DNA of 20,000 nucleotides from Atractiella rhizophila (Eukaryota): NCBI GenBank assembly GCA_021432655.1, contig MU271185.1, positions 120,995 to 140,994 of the forward strand, read 5' to 3'. Shown piece by piece: positions 10,740 to 20,000 of this stretch (position 1 is its first letter; each line of letters starts with the position of its first letter). The notes under the pieces were generated by a model. It saw only the letters and a program-made list of their open reading frames with translations, ran no database searches and was not told where the DNA came from. The position numbers and the translations under genes were made by a program.

Positions 10740-10814
10740 TGGCGACTGACCCAGGTTGATTTTATCGCGTCTGGCGCCGTTGAGTGTCATGATGGTGGGA
10801 AGATTGCAGTGTGA
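9405..10814 (+). CDS. F-box domain protein with a probable LRR/RNI-like C-terminal region
   Basis: 469-aa ORF starting MSLLDLPNELLNEIASHLSVSNCIDLSCCNWGLR (F-box pattern) with LxxLxL motifs (LDKLHI, LQTLKL, LTSLTI, LQRLNI). The 3' end is uncertain because of the A45 run and a possible intron at 10650-10754. Confidence 0.8.
10692..10736 (+). repeat. A45 homopolymer
   Basis: 45 consecutive A, read in frame as 15 Lys of the F-box ORF. Confidence 0.95.
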
Positions 10815-11626
10815 AGGGAGTTCGCAGGTACATGAAGACGGATTAGGAGTAATATTCGGCTGTAGAGTGAATCGAAATAATATGTTACAGTTCAGAGCGT
10901 CAAATTGACCGCCTCAGAGACGATGCCGTTAAGACATCCGTCGATCATATTACTGGCTAGCGGCACATCTTCAGCACTGGAGTGTACACTCGAGACTTTT
11001 AATTCGAGGTCTAACACGGTGGGAACAACAGATGGGACACTCCGTTTGCAGCTGGACAACACAAGCCAGCCATGCAAGTCAGTAGGTAAAATCCAGCAAC
11101 AATTCTCCTTTGAGAGGTTCTCAGCAGCATTCTCCACATATGACATTATACTCAACGCTTCCCCTGGCAATTTGCTTCAAGAACTGGAGGACAACACAAA
11201 GTTAGCACCGCTGATCAGCCTGCTCTCAGTCTCATTTCATTCCTGTCACCTCCACTCTAGTCTGCCTAAGAGCGTCAACTGCCACAGAGGAATGGCGAAC
11301 ACGGCATGGAGGGGTAAATCGCGACAGCGTTGTTCTGGTAGATCTTTCATGGCGATGTTGAATGATTTTCGACGATCGCCAGGCTTTCATCGTAGTTATC
11401 CCCCACAGTCCTCTTTTGCTCATGTACCCTTCTCACACGTGAAGGTCCGATGGTAGTCGGTAGCGCTGGTGTGAGCAAGTGATGAATGGACAATACGATC
11501 AATGAGAAGAAGGGAGGGAAAGTGAGATGCGTTGTGGACAGAATGGTACGTAGATGAAAAGTGAAAGGGAGAGCTCCCGAAAAGTGGTTAGGGTCAGGGT
11601 TACCTTTATGACGAAATAGGGAAGAA

Positions 11627-12958
11627 ATGGACAACGATAAAAGTTGCGCGATGGACTTGCCAACAGACTTCCGCAACACCCCTCATACCGAGAGCGCCTA
11701 TAGTTTTTGTCGTGATGTGGAGAGAAGTTTGAAGGAGAGGGTGGAAAACGCAAGGGGCAGCGAAGCAGCGGTTTTGAAAAAGATGTTGATCAACGTCCGA
11801 ATCCTTGGTCGCCTGTTGGAGTTTTGTCCTACGCAAACTGGCAAGGACTCCGTGGCGACATCAATTATCTCTGCTTCGAGAGAATTCGTAAACTTTGATT
11901 CGCCTGCCTGTCATGACATGTTCAGCCAGTTAGGGGAATTTTATGACCAATGTTTCATTCGCACCTGTGAGTGATTTATGATTGTTACATATTACGGTAG
12001 GTGTTGAGTTCCGGCGATGTTCTGGTTTCCGCAGTTCGCAAAGCCAAAGGTCCAACGCCTCAAGTGTCAGAGCACCCTTCGCGACCATCTTTCGACCGCA
12101 AGAGTGAACTGATTGAGGAATGGCTTGTCCCTCATCCCAGAGATCACTGTCGAGCTAAGCAAAGCGTAAGTAACTGGCCTACCGCTTAATTTTCAATCTT
12201 CAAGTTTGGAACAGGCACTGATTCGTGACCGCTTTCGTTGTGTCTTAAGTGGGAGGGTGGATCAAGATGCTGCCGACCTGTCATCCGACATATTGGATGA
12301 AGAAAATAGTGATGCACTCATTGGGCGCACTGAGTGCGCTCACATATTCTCAGAAACAACCAACGCCAACTTGGAGGATGAGGCGAAGGTAAGCCATAGC
12401 TTCGCACATTCTTCGTGTTTCCAGCTCGACGCAGGCCAAGTACGCCTCCAATGCTTGGATGATTTTAGAAACCTTCGGACATCCTGAAATACAGAAAGAG
12501 CTAGAGGGGCAAAATGTACACCGTCTCAGCAACGTTATGACGCTGGACGCGCCATTGCACGACTGGTTTGACAAGCTTAAATTGTGGCTTCAGCCAACGG
12601 TCAGTACCAACATTGGATCGTGACGGTTTATCACTCACAATTCGACAAGGGGGAACCCAACGTTTACAAAATCGAGGCGCGAAACGAAAGACTCGTGTTC
12701 CGTAACCATCGAGTTCCTCGACAGGTCCGCCTAACGACCCAAGACGCGCAATTGGACCTACCGAACCCAAAATACCTGGCACTTCATGCTGCGTGCAGTC
12801 GGGTTGCGCATCTTTCTGGGGCAGCCGACCATCTCGATAGGATGGACAGCGATCGTGATCATCCTAGTCTCGTTTGTCTGAGTGGAGAGCTCACAGATAT
12901 CCTGGCCGCCCGTCTTTATGACTTGCAAATGTCGCGTGTGGTTGCTGTTGCTGGCTAA
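11627..12958 (+). CDS. Fungal HNH endonuclease-family (HNH_2-like) protein, 5 exons, about 372 aa
   Basis: Introns 11967-12034, 12166-12214, 12389-12434 and 12600-12649 give an open 1119-nt CDS. Motifs: TPQVSEHPSRPSFD, ALIRDRFRCVLSG, TECAHIF, VHRLSNVMTL...LHDWFDKLKLWL, LPNPKYLALHAACSRVAHLSGAA. Confidence 0.88.
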
Positions 12959-13639
12959 GGTCGATTTGCATAGACTTTATTGTATGAGTTATTATTTTGC
13001 TTCGACGTACCAGACGCAAGTGAAAGAGACGCCGATAATGACTTTACGATACCACAGCAGTACTTATGCTTTAATATCCTTCCAACTTTTACTCTTACTT
13101 CTCTCACACCTTCCCTGTCAGCGCGCTGGAGTCCCCTAGCCACTAACCCAGTGCGAGAACACCACCATCCGAGACCACAGCGTAGCAGCCCTGGAACATC
13201 CAAAGTGGAATCTCCAGGTGTATTTCAAGGGGGACGGTTGGCTCGTTATTCTCTTCCACACTCGTACATGGAATATGTGAATGTTGAAAGTTGATGTGGA
13301 TGAAGCGAGCGTAGGTGGTCAGAACCCGTGCATTGACATGAAGAGGAGTGCGGATGATGGTTTGTCTTTCTCTTTTCCTTCTTCGTCTCCTCGCCTTGAA
13401 GGGACCCAGAATGGCTGATGGTGGATTCAGCTTCTGCTCCGATCTCATGGCGGAGTGTCCAGAAGGTTTCGATGTGGTACATCCAATGTTTCCTCACTAG
13501 ATGGTGGGGTAGAACGACGGACAGAAGAGGTCGGTGTAGAAGAGGAGAGGAAAGGACTTTGGGATGACGTAGGCGAACAGGACTGCATCAGTTGCAATGA
13601 TGGCGCCAACTCGAGCTATATCCTCCAGCGGTGGCACAA

Positions 13640-14660
13640 GATGCTTTCCCACACTTCTTCAGAAGCTGTCACCTCAAAGGCAACATCAGAACTGACTTCA
13701 GCTTCATCACAGTCCAGCAGGGCGGTTCCTTCAAGCCCCTCATCCCAATCCTCGATCCAACAGCCTTCGTCCTTCGCCCACGCATCCTTCGTTGCCTCCA
13801 CCACGCCGCCTTTGAGCACAAGTAGTGATCTCCCCCGCACGTCGCAATCTTCTACAACATTGCTCCTCATATCTCCTTCCCAAACAGCTCACGTACTCTC
13901 CACCAGCACCAGCACTCCGTCTGTCCCACCGCAAACTTCAACCTCTTCCACATCGTCTCCACACACAGTCCTCGTCGGCTCCATACTTGGAGGCGTAAGC
14001 CGCATCCTCCTCCTCTTCTGTTCCTCTACCTCGACAGGAACCGTCGCGGCTGGAACTCTCGCCGGGCGGAATGGGAGGGTTTCCTAATCCAACATGGGGC
14101 TGGTGCCGGTGTCGGACGAGGAGCGGGAATGAGAAGGTGGGGGAGATAAAAGGGGATGATGGGCTGATCCCGTCTTGCTGCCTTTCGTACCACCTGCCAG
14201 GCTCCCTGCAACGGTGGGGAGGGTTGGCGCGGTATCTTCGCTTGGATTATCCGGAGGGAGGAACGCTTAGGCCCATTTCGATCCCCCTACCCATGAAGAT
14301 GATGCGGTAGAAGTTGACGCCGCCTCGTCCGGAGAAGAGGAAGTGGATCAACAACCACGGTCTCTTGATGAGATCATCGCCTCTCATCCACCCTCGCCGT
14401 CTACACGACAGCCACCCAAGGCGCATCGCTCTTCCTCTTCCTACTACTGTCTACCTGCACCCTCCTCTCACCTCGAACGTCAACAACGTCAACACCAAGA
14501 CCGAGAAGATCCATCCTCTGCTGCCACGATGTACCATTCCCACGCCGCAGACCCGAACGGGCCGCTTCTCCCCTCCTCTCCGTCTCGGACCGCCAATTCG
14601 GAGCGGCTGAGGACGAGGAGGGAGAATAGTCAAGACCTGAGGTCGGACGCGCCGCTCTAG
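13640..14660 (+). pseudogene. Frameshifted Ser/Thr-rich single-pass membrane protein (Mid2/Wsc-like architecture)
   Basis: An S/T-rich stalk is followed by VLVGSILGGV. The TM and basic stop-transfer segment continues only in another frame (LLFLYLDRNRRGW, about 14010-14060). Further frame changes precede an acidic/Pro-rich tail. The 5' end is unresolved; a signal-peptide-like stretch lies near 13040-13140. Confidence 0.5.
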
Positions 14661-15531
14661 CAGCGCCAGTCTCACGTCAGGAGACAGAGCAGTAGTGGAA
14701 CTATTCCGCGACGGGCGAGTGCAAGGAGGGGAGCGTCATATTCTGCAGCGTGGCAATAGGTGAGGAGAGTGCCATTGGAGAGAGCCGCGTCATTAGTTAT
14801 GAGTCGGCATTCAGCCGCACCGAAGCCAGCTGAGTGTGTCAATCGTTGATAGGATCTTGTTCAGCGCTTCAGTTGGGTACCTTTTCACTTTACTTTCGCT
14901 GGATATCATTTTCGGTTTGTTGCCTTGCTTTTCGTTCTCGCTGACCTTAGTAGTTGAAAAAGATTGTGTGTTTTCCAAAAGGTCACTTCTATCAGCTATT
15001 CCAAGGCCAAGGTATACACTGCAAATGCGATTTTGGGAATCCTTAAAGTGCTGAAGAAAAGTTCCAGGGTGTACAGATCTATCTACCAGTCTCCATGTAC
15101 TCCATCGAAGGAGTTGAAGCTTGCGAGCTGGAAGATGTGAAAGTATTTCTTCTTCTCTAGCTTGGAGCACCAGTCCCAAGCCGACGTCAGCCGTAACTCG
15201 TTGCCCATTCCGAATCAGATTTATGCTCCGCCGTCCGCCGTCCTTGATAAGGGGGAAGGCGATCTAGATGCAAGCCTGTTCTCATTCGCGCATCAGTATT
15301 TTAGTACCAATATCCAAAAGTGCAGAACAGGAAAGAACCACAGCCCCAATGCAGTCTACGGCTAGGTCTATACCATCTAATTCCTTGTTTGCAACCTTGA
15401 CCCTCCTCCTTCGTGATCTTTGCGATTCCCCTCGAATACACTATCCTCTTTTGCTAAATCACAAACGCAAACACACCACACGCAAAAGAAACAGAAACGT
15501 GAGACAAAGTCATGCATAAGAGACGTTAGGG

Positions 15532-15678
15532 TTGGCTTTTGAAGTCCACAAACTCTTCGAGACATTGAACATATGTCTAGCTTTCGGCCCCTCCTTCATA
15601 GCACATCGCCGTGAGCTTCCACATCTAGCCAACCCGTGGAATGACTTGTTTCAGAACCTTCTTCTAGCTGCCTGTTCA
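15532..15678 (+). pseudogene. Isolated fragment paralogous to 9843-9989 of the F-box gene
   Basis: LAFEVHKLFETLNICLAFGPSFIAHRRELPHLANPWNDLFQNLLLAACS vs LAFDARKLFETLNVCPAFDLSFREHRPLFLDPADPSNDLFLHLLQAACS: 29 of 49 residues identical, ungapped. Confidence 0.85.
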
Positions 15679-16479
15679 CAGCGTGAGGAGGCGTAAATCA
15701 CGACAGTCATCGTTCGGGTAGATCGTTGCGTTGCAGGAAAAGTGCGACGTTGTTGAATGATTTTCTACGACCGCCAGGGTGTGGGTGTGGATGACTCCAT
15801 CAACACCCCTTTTGCGATGTCGATCTTCACGATCTCGATGTCTGATCACTTCTCTGAGAATATCGGCATGGTCGAAGCTTGGCCATGCGATGATGCATTG
15901 CAGGCATGATCTGACACTCTCCTGTCTGGTTTAACATGAATTTGTGGGCAGTAGTGCACCGTATCGTCTCCGGGAAGGTCTGAGAAGGAAACATCGATTT
16001 CATTGAAGGATGATCAGCAACCAAAATCTATCGCAATGGTCCATCTCATCACCCCAGTAACACTTCGACGTGGCAGTCTGCTATATCTCTCCATTCTTGA
16101 CTCCTTGTGTGCTCGCCTACCACCGTCGATCCACACGCTCCAGATCACGTTTGTCTTGCCACATCGATTCTGGAACGTCGCATTGTCAAAATTGTTCCCC
16201 TTCTCTCTGGCAGGTCTCGAAAAGGAGGTGGAACCCGAGGGCACAGTGAACCTTTGCATCGTGTTGAAGGAGGAAGGTATTATGTTAACCTTTCAGGATT
16301 TCAAACATTATGCATCCATGGATTCGGACGACCTGGATGTGAAGCCCTTCACTTGCACGTTTCAGGTTCCAGATAATCGGTCTGAGGTCATCTTTAACCC
16401 CATCGCCCAATACTCCAAGCAGGAACAGTGTTTCATTCCTATCAGCAATTGGGAGGAATCAACCATCACATCCACCAGT

Positions 16480-17625
16480 ATGGAAACCACCATCCAACTC
16501 TCCCTCTCCTCAAGTCAAAATCCAGGGATTAATCCATGCACTATCACAAAACTACCCACCGAGATCCTCTCTCTCATCTTCGAGTTCCTTTCTTTCGATC
16601 AATACGAACGGCTCATTGAAGGTGTCGATAATGAATATCTCGTTTCCTTCCAGCAACTTTCTGCCGTCTGTCTGCTCTGGAAGGCTGTTTCAGTCCCATA
16701 TTTGGATCATAATATTTCTATAAAGGAGAGGCATGCTCGTTTGAAACAATATCCTCATGCAGGACGACGGTGGATGTCCCTCTTTTTTGAAAGAAGGTTT
16801 GATGATGCTATCAACACCAAGATGGCGAAAGATGTCATCACAGGCTCGCCGAATGTCACGTCAGTGCTGGTGGATGCATTTTGGAATGAAGAGGAGGCGA
16901 GGGTTGTGTTGCACGCGATTGAAGGCCTGACCAGGTTGGATAGCATAGGGTTTGGAGGGCAAGGTTTGAGAAAGTGGAAAATGGATGAGGTAGAGAATTT
17001 TATGCATAGGATGGGTGACAGGATCAGATCCTTCCGTGCTTATGATGTGGAGGACTCTGCCTCTTCAACATCGCTGAGCCTTCAATTGTCATCTGACCTC
17101 GAACATCTAGAGCTTCACACATACCCACCTCTTCCATCACTCTCTCTCGCACTCACCCTCACATGGCTATCTCTCTCCGATCTCTGTCCCCTCCCTCCCT
17201 CTATCTCAGGCTCCTGTCTGCCACCCCTTCTAGAACATCTGGAGATCATGCTCGGCCCATACTCGCCTGCAGGAAAGATCTCCATCCTATCCACTCCACT
17301 TGGCTTATCACACCTGCAACATCTCACCAGGCTCTACCTAGATGGCGGTAAGGAAACTTCAAACCTCGTTTCACCCCAGTTCTTCCACACCCTCAGAAAT
17401 GCAAAAGCAATAGCAACTATAGATGTTCAGTACTGTTTAGTGCACTGGGAATTCTCAGGGTTTATATTCTCAGATTTCATCTGCTGGTTCTTTGGGGACA
17501 GGGGGGTGAAGGTGGAGGGAGATGTGATGGATGATGTTGAAATGGTGGAAATGATCACGGGACGCCGGTTGAGTGTGAAGCTATTTTTTGGGGCATGGCT
17601 TGAAGGGGAGATGAGAGCACTTTGA
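16480..17625 (+). CDS. F-box/LRR-like protein, probably truncated at the C-terminus; ORF is open upstream to ATG 16036
   Basis: ITKLPTEILSLIFEFL...LSAVCLLWKAVS is an F-box with an insertion. LxxLxL repeats include LEHLEL, LTWLSL, LEHLEI and LTRLYL. The stop codon lies within the antisense gag-like fragment. The start codon is uncertain. Confidence 0.7.
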   Translation: METTIQLSLSSSQNPGINPCTITKLPTEILSLIFEFLSFDQYERLIEGVDNEYLVSFQQLSAVCLLWKAVSVPYLDHNISIKERHARLKQYPHAGRRWMSLFFERRFDDAINTKMAKDVITGSPNVTSVLVDAFWNEEEARVVLHAIEGLTRLDSIGFGGQGLRKWKMDEVENFMHRMGDRIRSFRAYDVEDSASSTSLSLQLSSDLEHLELHTYPPLPSLSLALTLTWLSLSDLCPLPPSISGSCLPPLLEHLEIMLGPYSPAGKISILSTPLGLSHLQHLTRLYLDGGKETSNLVSPQFFHTLRNAKAIATIDVQYCLVHWEFSGFIFSDFICWFFGDRGVKVEGDVMDDVEMVEMITGRRLSVKLFFGAWLEGEMRAL

Positions 17626-18107
17626 AGTTGGGTTGCACGGAGTTGACTGGGAGCACTTGACTGGGCAGGCGGAGGTAGAGTGCTGTTGGCTACACACGAG
17701 GCATCGTGGCGTGGGAGCGGTGCAAATGTGAGCTCGATGTCCAATTTTTATTTGGCAGCAGTAGCACTGAGGGAGAGGGGGACGATACTTTTCAACTTTT
17801 GTGAATTGAACCTGAGAGGGCACAACCATGGACGAGGACCTGATCTGCGTCGCGCTCTGGGAAAACATGGACAACAACAGATGAATGAGACTTTGATGGA
17901 TCGGAGGCAGCTTTAGGATTAAGCCATTGGGCATGAGAGGACCAGTGATTCCTGTTGTCCAGTGATTCCCTATTATAATCGAAGATTCGAAGGTTGTTTT
18001 TGATGGGGACTCCATGGATGATGACTGGAAAATTCTTCATATAGACATCAAAAGATTATGAGAATCGTGGGAGCCATCTTGAAGAGTTGAGATAGAAGAG
18101 GGCTGCC
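17606..18107 (-). mobile_element. Degenerate ORF1 (gag-like, zinc-knuckle) fragment of a fungal LINE (Tad1-like)
   Basis: RWLPRFS*...FPVIIHGVP...QWL...KSHSSVVVHV...ADQVLVHG, a frameshift near 17795, then VEKYRPPLPQCYCCQIKIGHRAHIC...RCLVCSQQHSTSAC (two CCHC-type knuckles). No RT or endonuclease sequence is seen. Confidence 0.8.
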
Positions 18108-18772
18108 TGTTAGGGTTGACCCTATGTACGGTCGCTGACAGGCGATACATCTGTACCGGAGCTAAACCTGAGAGCATGATATGACATGAGAAGACTAACC
18201 TGTAGTGGAGATAAACCTAAGAGAATGTCAGGATTTGAGCGCGTCCGTTGCCACCGTGCGGCGCACTTATACGTGAACATTCTAGACTGGAGGTAAACCT
18301 AAGAGAATACTCTAAGGTCACCACCACTACATCTCTATGTATATATACATATGTAAAGGCACTGCCATAAACTGTAACGTATGTTTCTTGAAACACGTAA
18401 GATAACTGGAACAGGAAAGTAATAAGGGGAATACTCAGAAATAAGATATACTGAGCGGCAATAGTGAGAAAGTATAATAAGGCAATAATGGAGACGATGC
18501 AGACCGGCGAAATGGCTAAGGCTTACTGAGCAGCGATTCGTGTGAGAAAGGGGAAAGCGGCTGACAGCGCAGGCATGAGCAAAGCGGCGATGGGTGAGCA
18601 CGTGATCTCATGACGTAGTAAAGTTAGGTCACGTGACTTCGGAGGGGAGGGAGATGGTGGAAGAACCTGGAAAGAATTTTCGTCCAAACTAGCCGCAAAC
18701 CTTCATCTTAAAATTCCGTGACTCACACACACTAGTCAGAAATTGGGGGATGTTGTCAGGCTTGCCCCTACA
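18108..18772. mobile_element. Probable solo LTR, about 665 bp
   Basis: Starts TGTTAGGG exactly where gag similarity stops and ends CCCCTACA (TG...CA, imperfect inverted termini). It has three internal 21-bp repeats, CACGTG palindromes at 18599 and 18630, and a TATATA tract at about 18340. No matching target-site duplication (CTGCC vs TATTA). Confidence 0.55.
18157..18308. repeat. Three copies of a 21-bp motif (18157-18177, 18206-18226, 18288-18308)
   Basis: CGGAGCTAAACCTGAGAGCAT, TGGAGATAAACCTAAGAGAAT and TGGAGGTAAACCTAAGAGAAT. Confidence 0.85.
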
Positions 18773-20000
18773 TATTATCGAAATGCACATTCCTCTTCTT
18801 CTCATAAAATAACGACTGACGCTCAACTTTTCGACTTCGTCCTGGTGAACAAGGATAGGAAAGAGAACACTGTTTATTGGGACGTGGAAAAGGCAAAAGA
18901 GGTAAATTTCGGGTGATTCGCCGATGTGTTGGAGTGGGGAGACGATGCTATCCCTTGCACATCAAATTTTGTGATAAGGTACAAGCAGAGGTGAGCTTTC
19001 TTGTCTTGTATGGTGTGGCTGGGTGTGTGTGGTAACCCATTGGTGGTGAAAAAGGTGTGATCGGTTTATGAGTCTGTAAAAGAGTTTTGTGATGGACGCG
19101 TTTTGTCGTTCCTGCTGCGGATGTCTGTGGAAGACATGCAGGTCTTGCGGAATGAACTTCGGCTTTGGGTTGAACAAGCGGCACTCGTCGAGGAAGAAGC
19201 GGCTAAATTCGGGTTTCAGCGCTCTGAATCGGCGAATTGGGACCCCGTTTTGCGAAGGAAGGAACGAGAACTTTTCTTGTTTGACACGAAAAACGTCTGG
19301 CGAAGGAGGAGGAGGAGCGAAAACGGGCGGCGCTTGAAAATAAGCGTTGAGCGGCGGAGGAAAATTTACGCGCTCAAAAATCGATTTCAGCGGCGAAGGG
19401 ACCTGAGGTTGGGGTCATGAGGGCGTTGTCCGACCATCTGGCGACTGCGACTACTTTTGTTCTGCCTGCTGCGTTGGGGGACCGAAATCCGTTCGCCAGT
19501 GCGCCAGTCGCCGAATTCATAGTGCACGACGGGAAGGTTTGAATCGGCGATAAGGATTTGGATGCGGCGACATACTGGTACTTCTGGTCAGGTACTCGTG
19601 AGGCTTATTCCCACGCTGCAGCGAACATCAATCTGGGCGAGTTGGATCTCGAATTGGTTATCACGACTCCTCAGGCCAATCCGCGAATTCTTCCCACGTT
19701 GGCAAGCATCGGCAGTGCTGTAGCAATTGTACTGGAAAGGTTCGTGCGGCGCCTGTCAAAGCGGCGAAAAAGAAGGCCAATGGTGACAACGACTCGCAGG
19801 TGTGCAACTTCTCTGCTGGGTATGTCACAACCGCGTTCGGTCGGGTCTGTTCGTGTTGTCACAGTTCGCGAAAGAGGTGTGAGGTCTTGCCTTTGGGATA
19901 TTTGTGGGAACTCTCCATGCTAGTCGTAATGTCGACTACATTCCATCCTAAACGCATCGGCGACGGGAAAAAACGTCCATCGGCTTTCGTTGAAAGTAAT

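Noticed and set aside
10905..11456. 183-aa ORF
   Set aside because: No recognisable motif or convincing gene structure.
14811..15179. Minus-strand ORF with an F-box-like YPTEALNKIL near its end
   Set aside because: The match is short, in the wrong position and lacks an ATG start. It is too weak to call, though it may be another relic.
18157..18308. Spaced 21-bp repeats resembling a CRISPR array
   Set aside because: Eukaryotic context, only three degenerate copies with unequal spacing, no cas genes. They are better explained as internal LTR repeats.
19089..19923. Several short overlapping ORFs at the right end
   Set aside because: No recognisable domains or consistent exon structure.

Overview
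Intron-rich fungal genomic DNA, probably basidiomycete (inferred from 46-68 nt GT-AG introns and the gene families present). Apparently intact genes: a 2-exon secreted prepropeptide predicted to release a 19-aa, 6-Cys peptide (2380-2626); a 12-exon ALDH1/2-type aldehyde dehydrogenase (3604-5714); a 4-TM membrane protein with one unusually long, strongly base-paired 471-nt intron (6645-8561); an F-box protein with an in-frame A45 run (9405-10814); and a 5-exon fungal HNH-nuclease-family gene (11627-12958). The rest is accessory-type decay: a trypsin-like peptidase pseudogene, a frameshifted Ser/Thr-rich membrane protein, F-box fragments, a second F-box gene cut by a LINE gag-like fragment, and a probable solo LTR. 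The best novelty candidates are the tiny disulfide-rich peptide, whose last two Cys appear only after splicing, and the putative structured RNA in the long intron. All exon structures and base pairings were worked out by hand, with no database searches.
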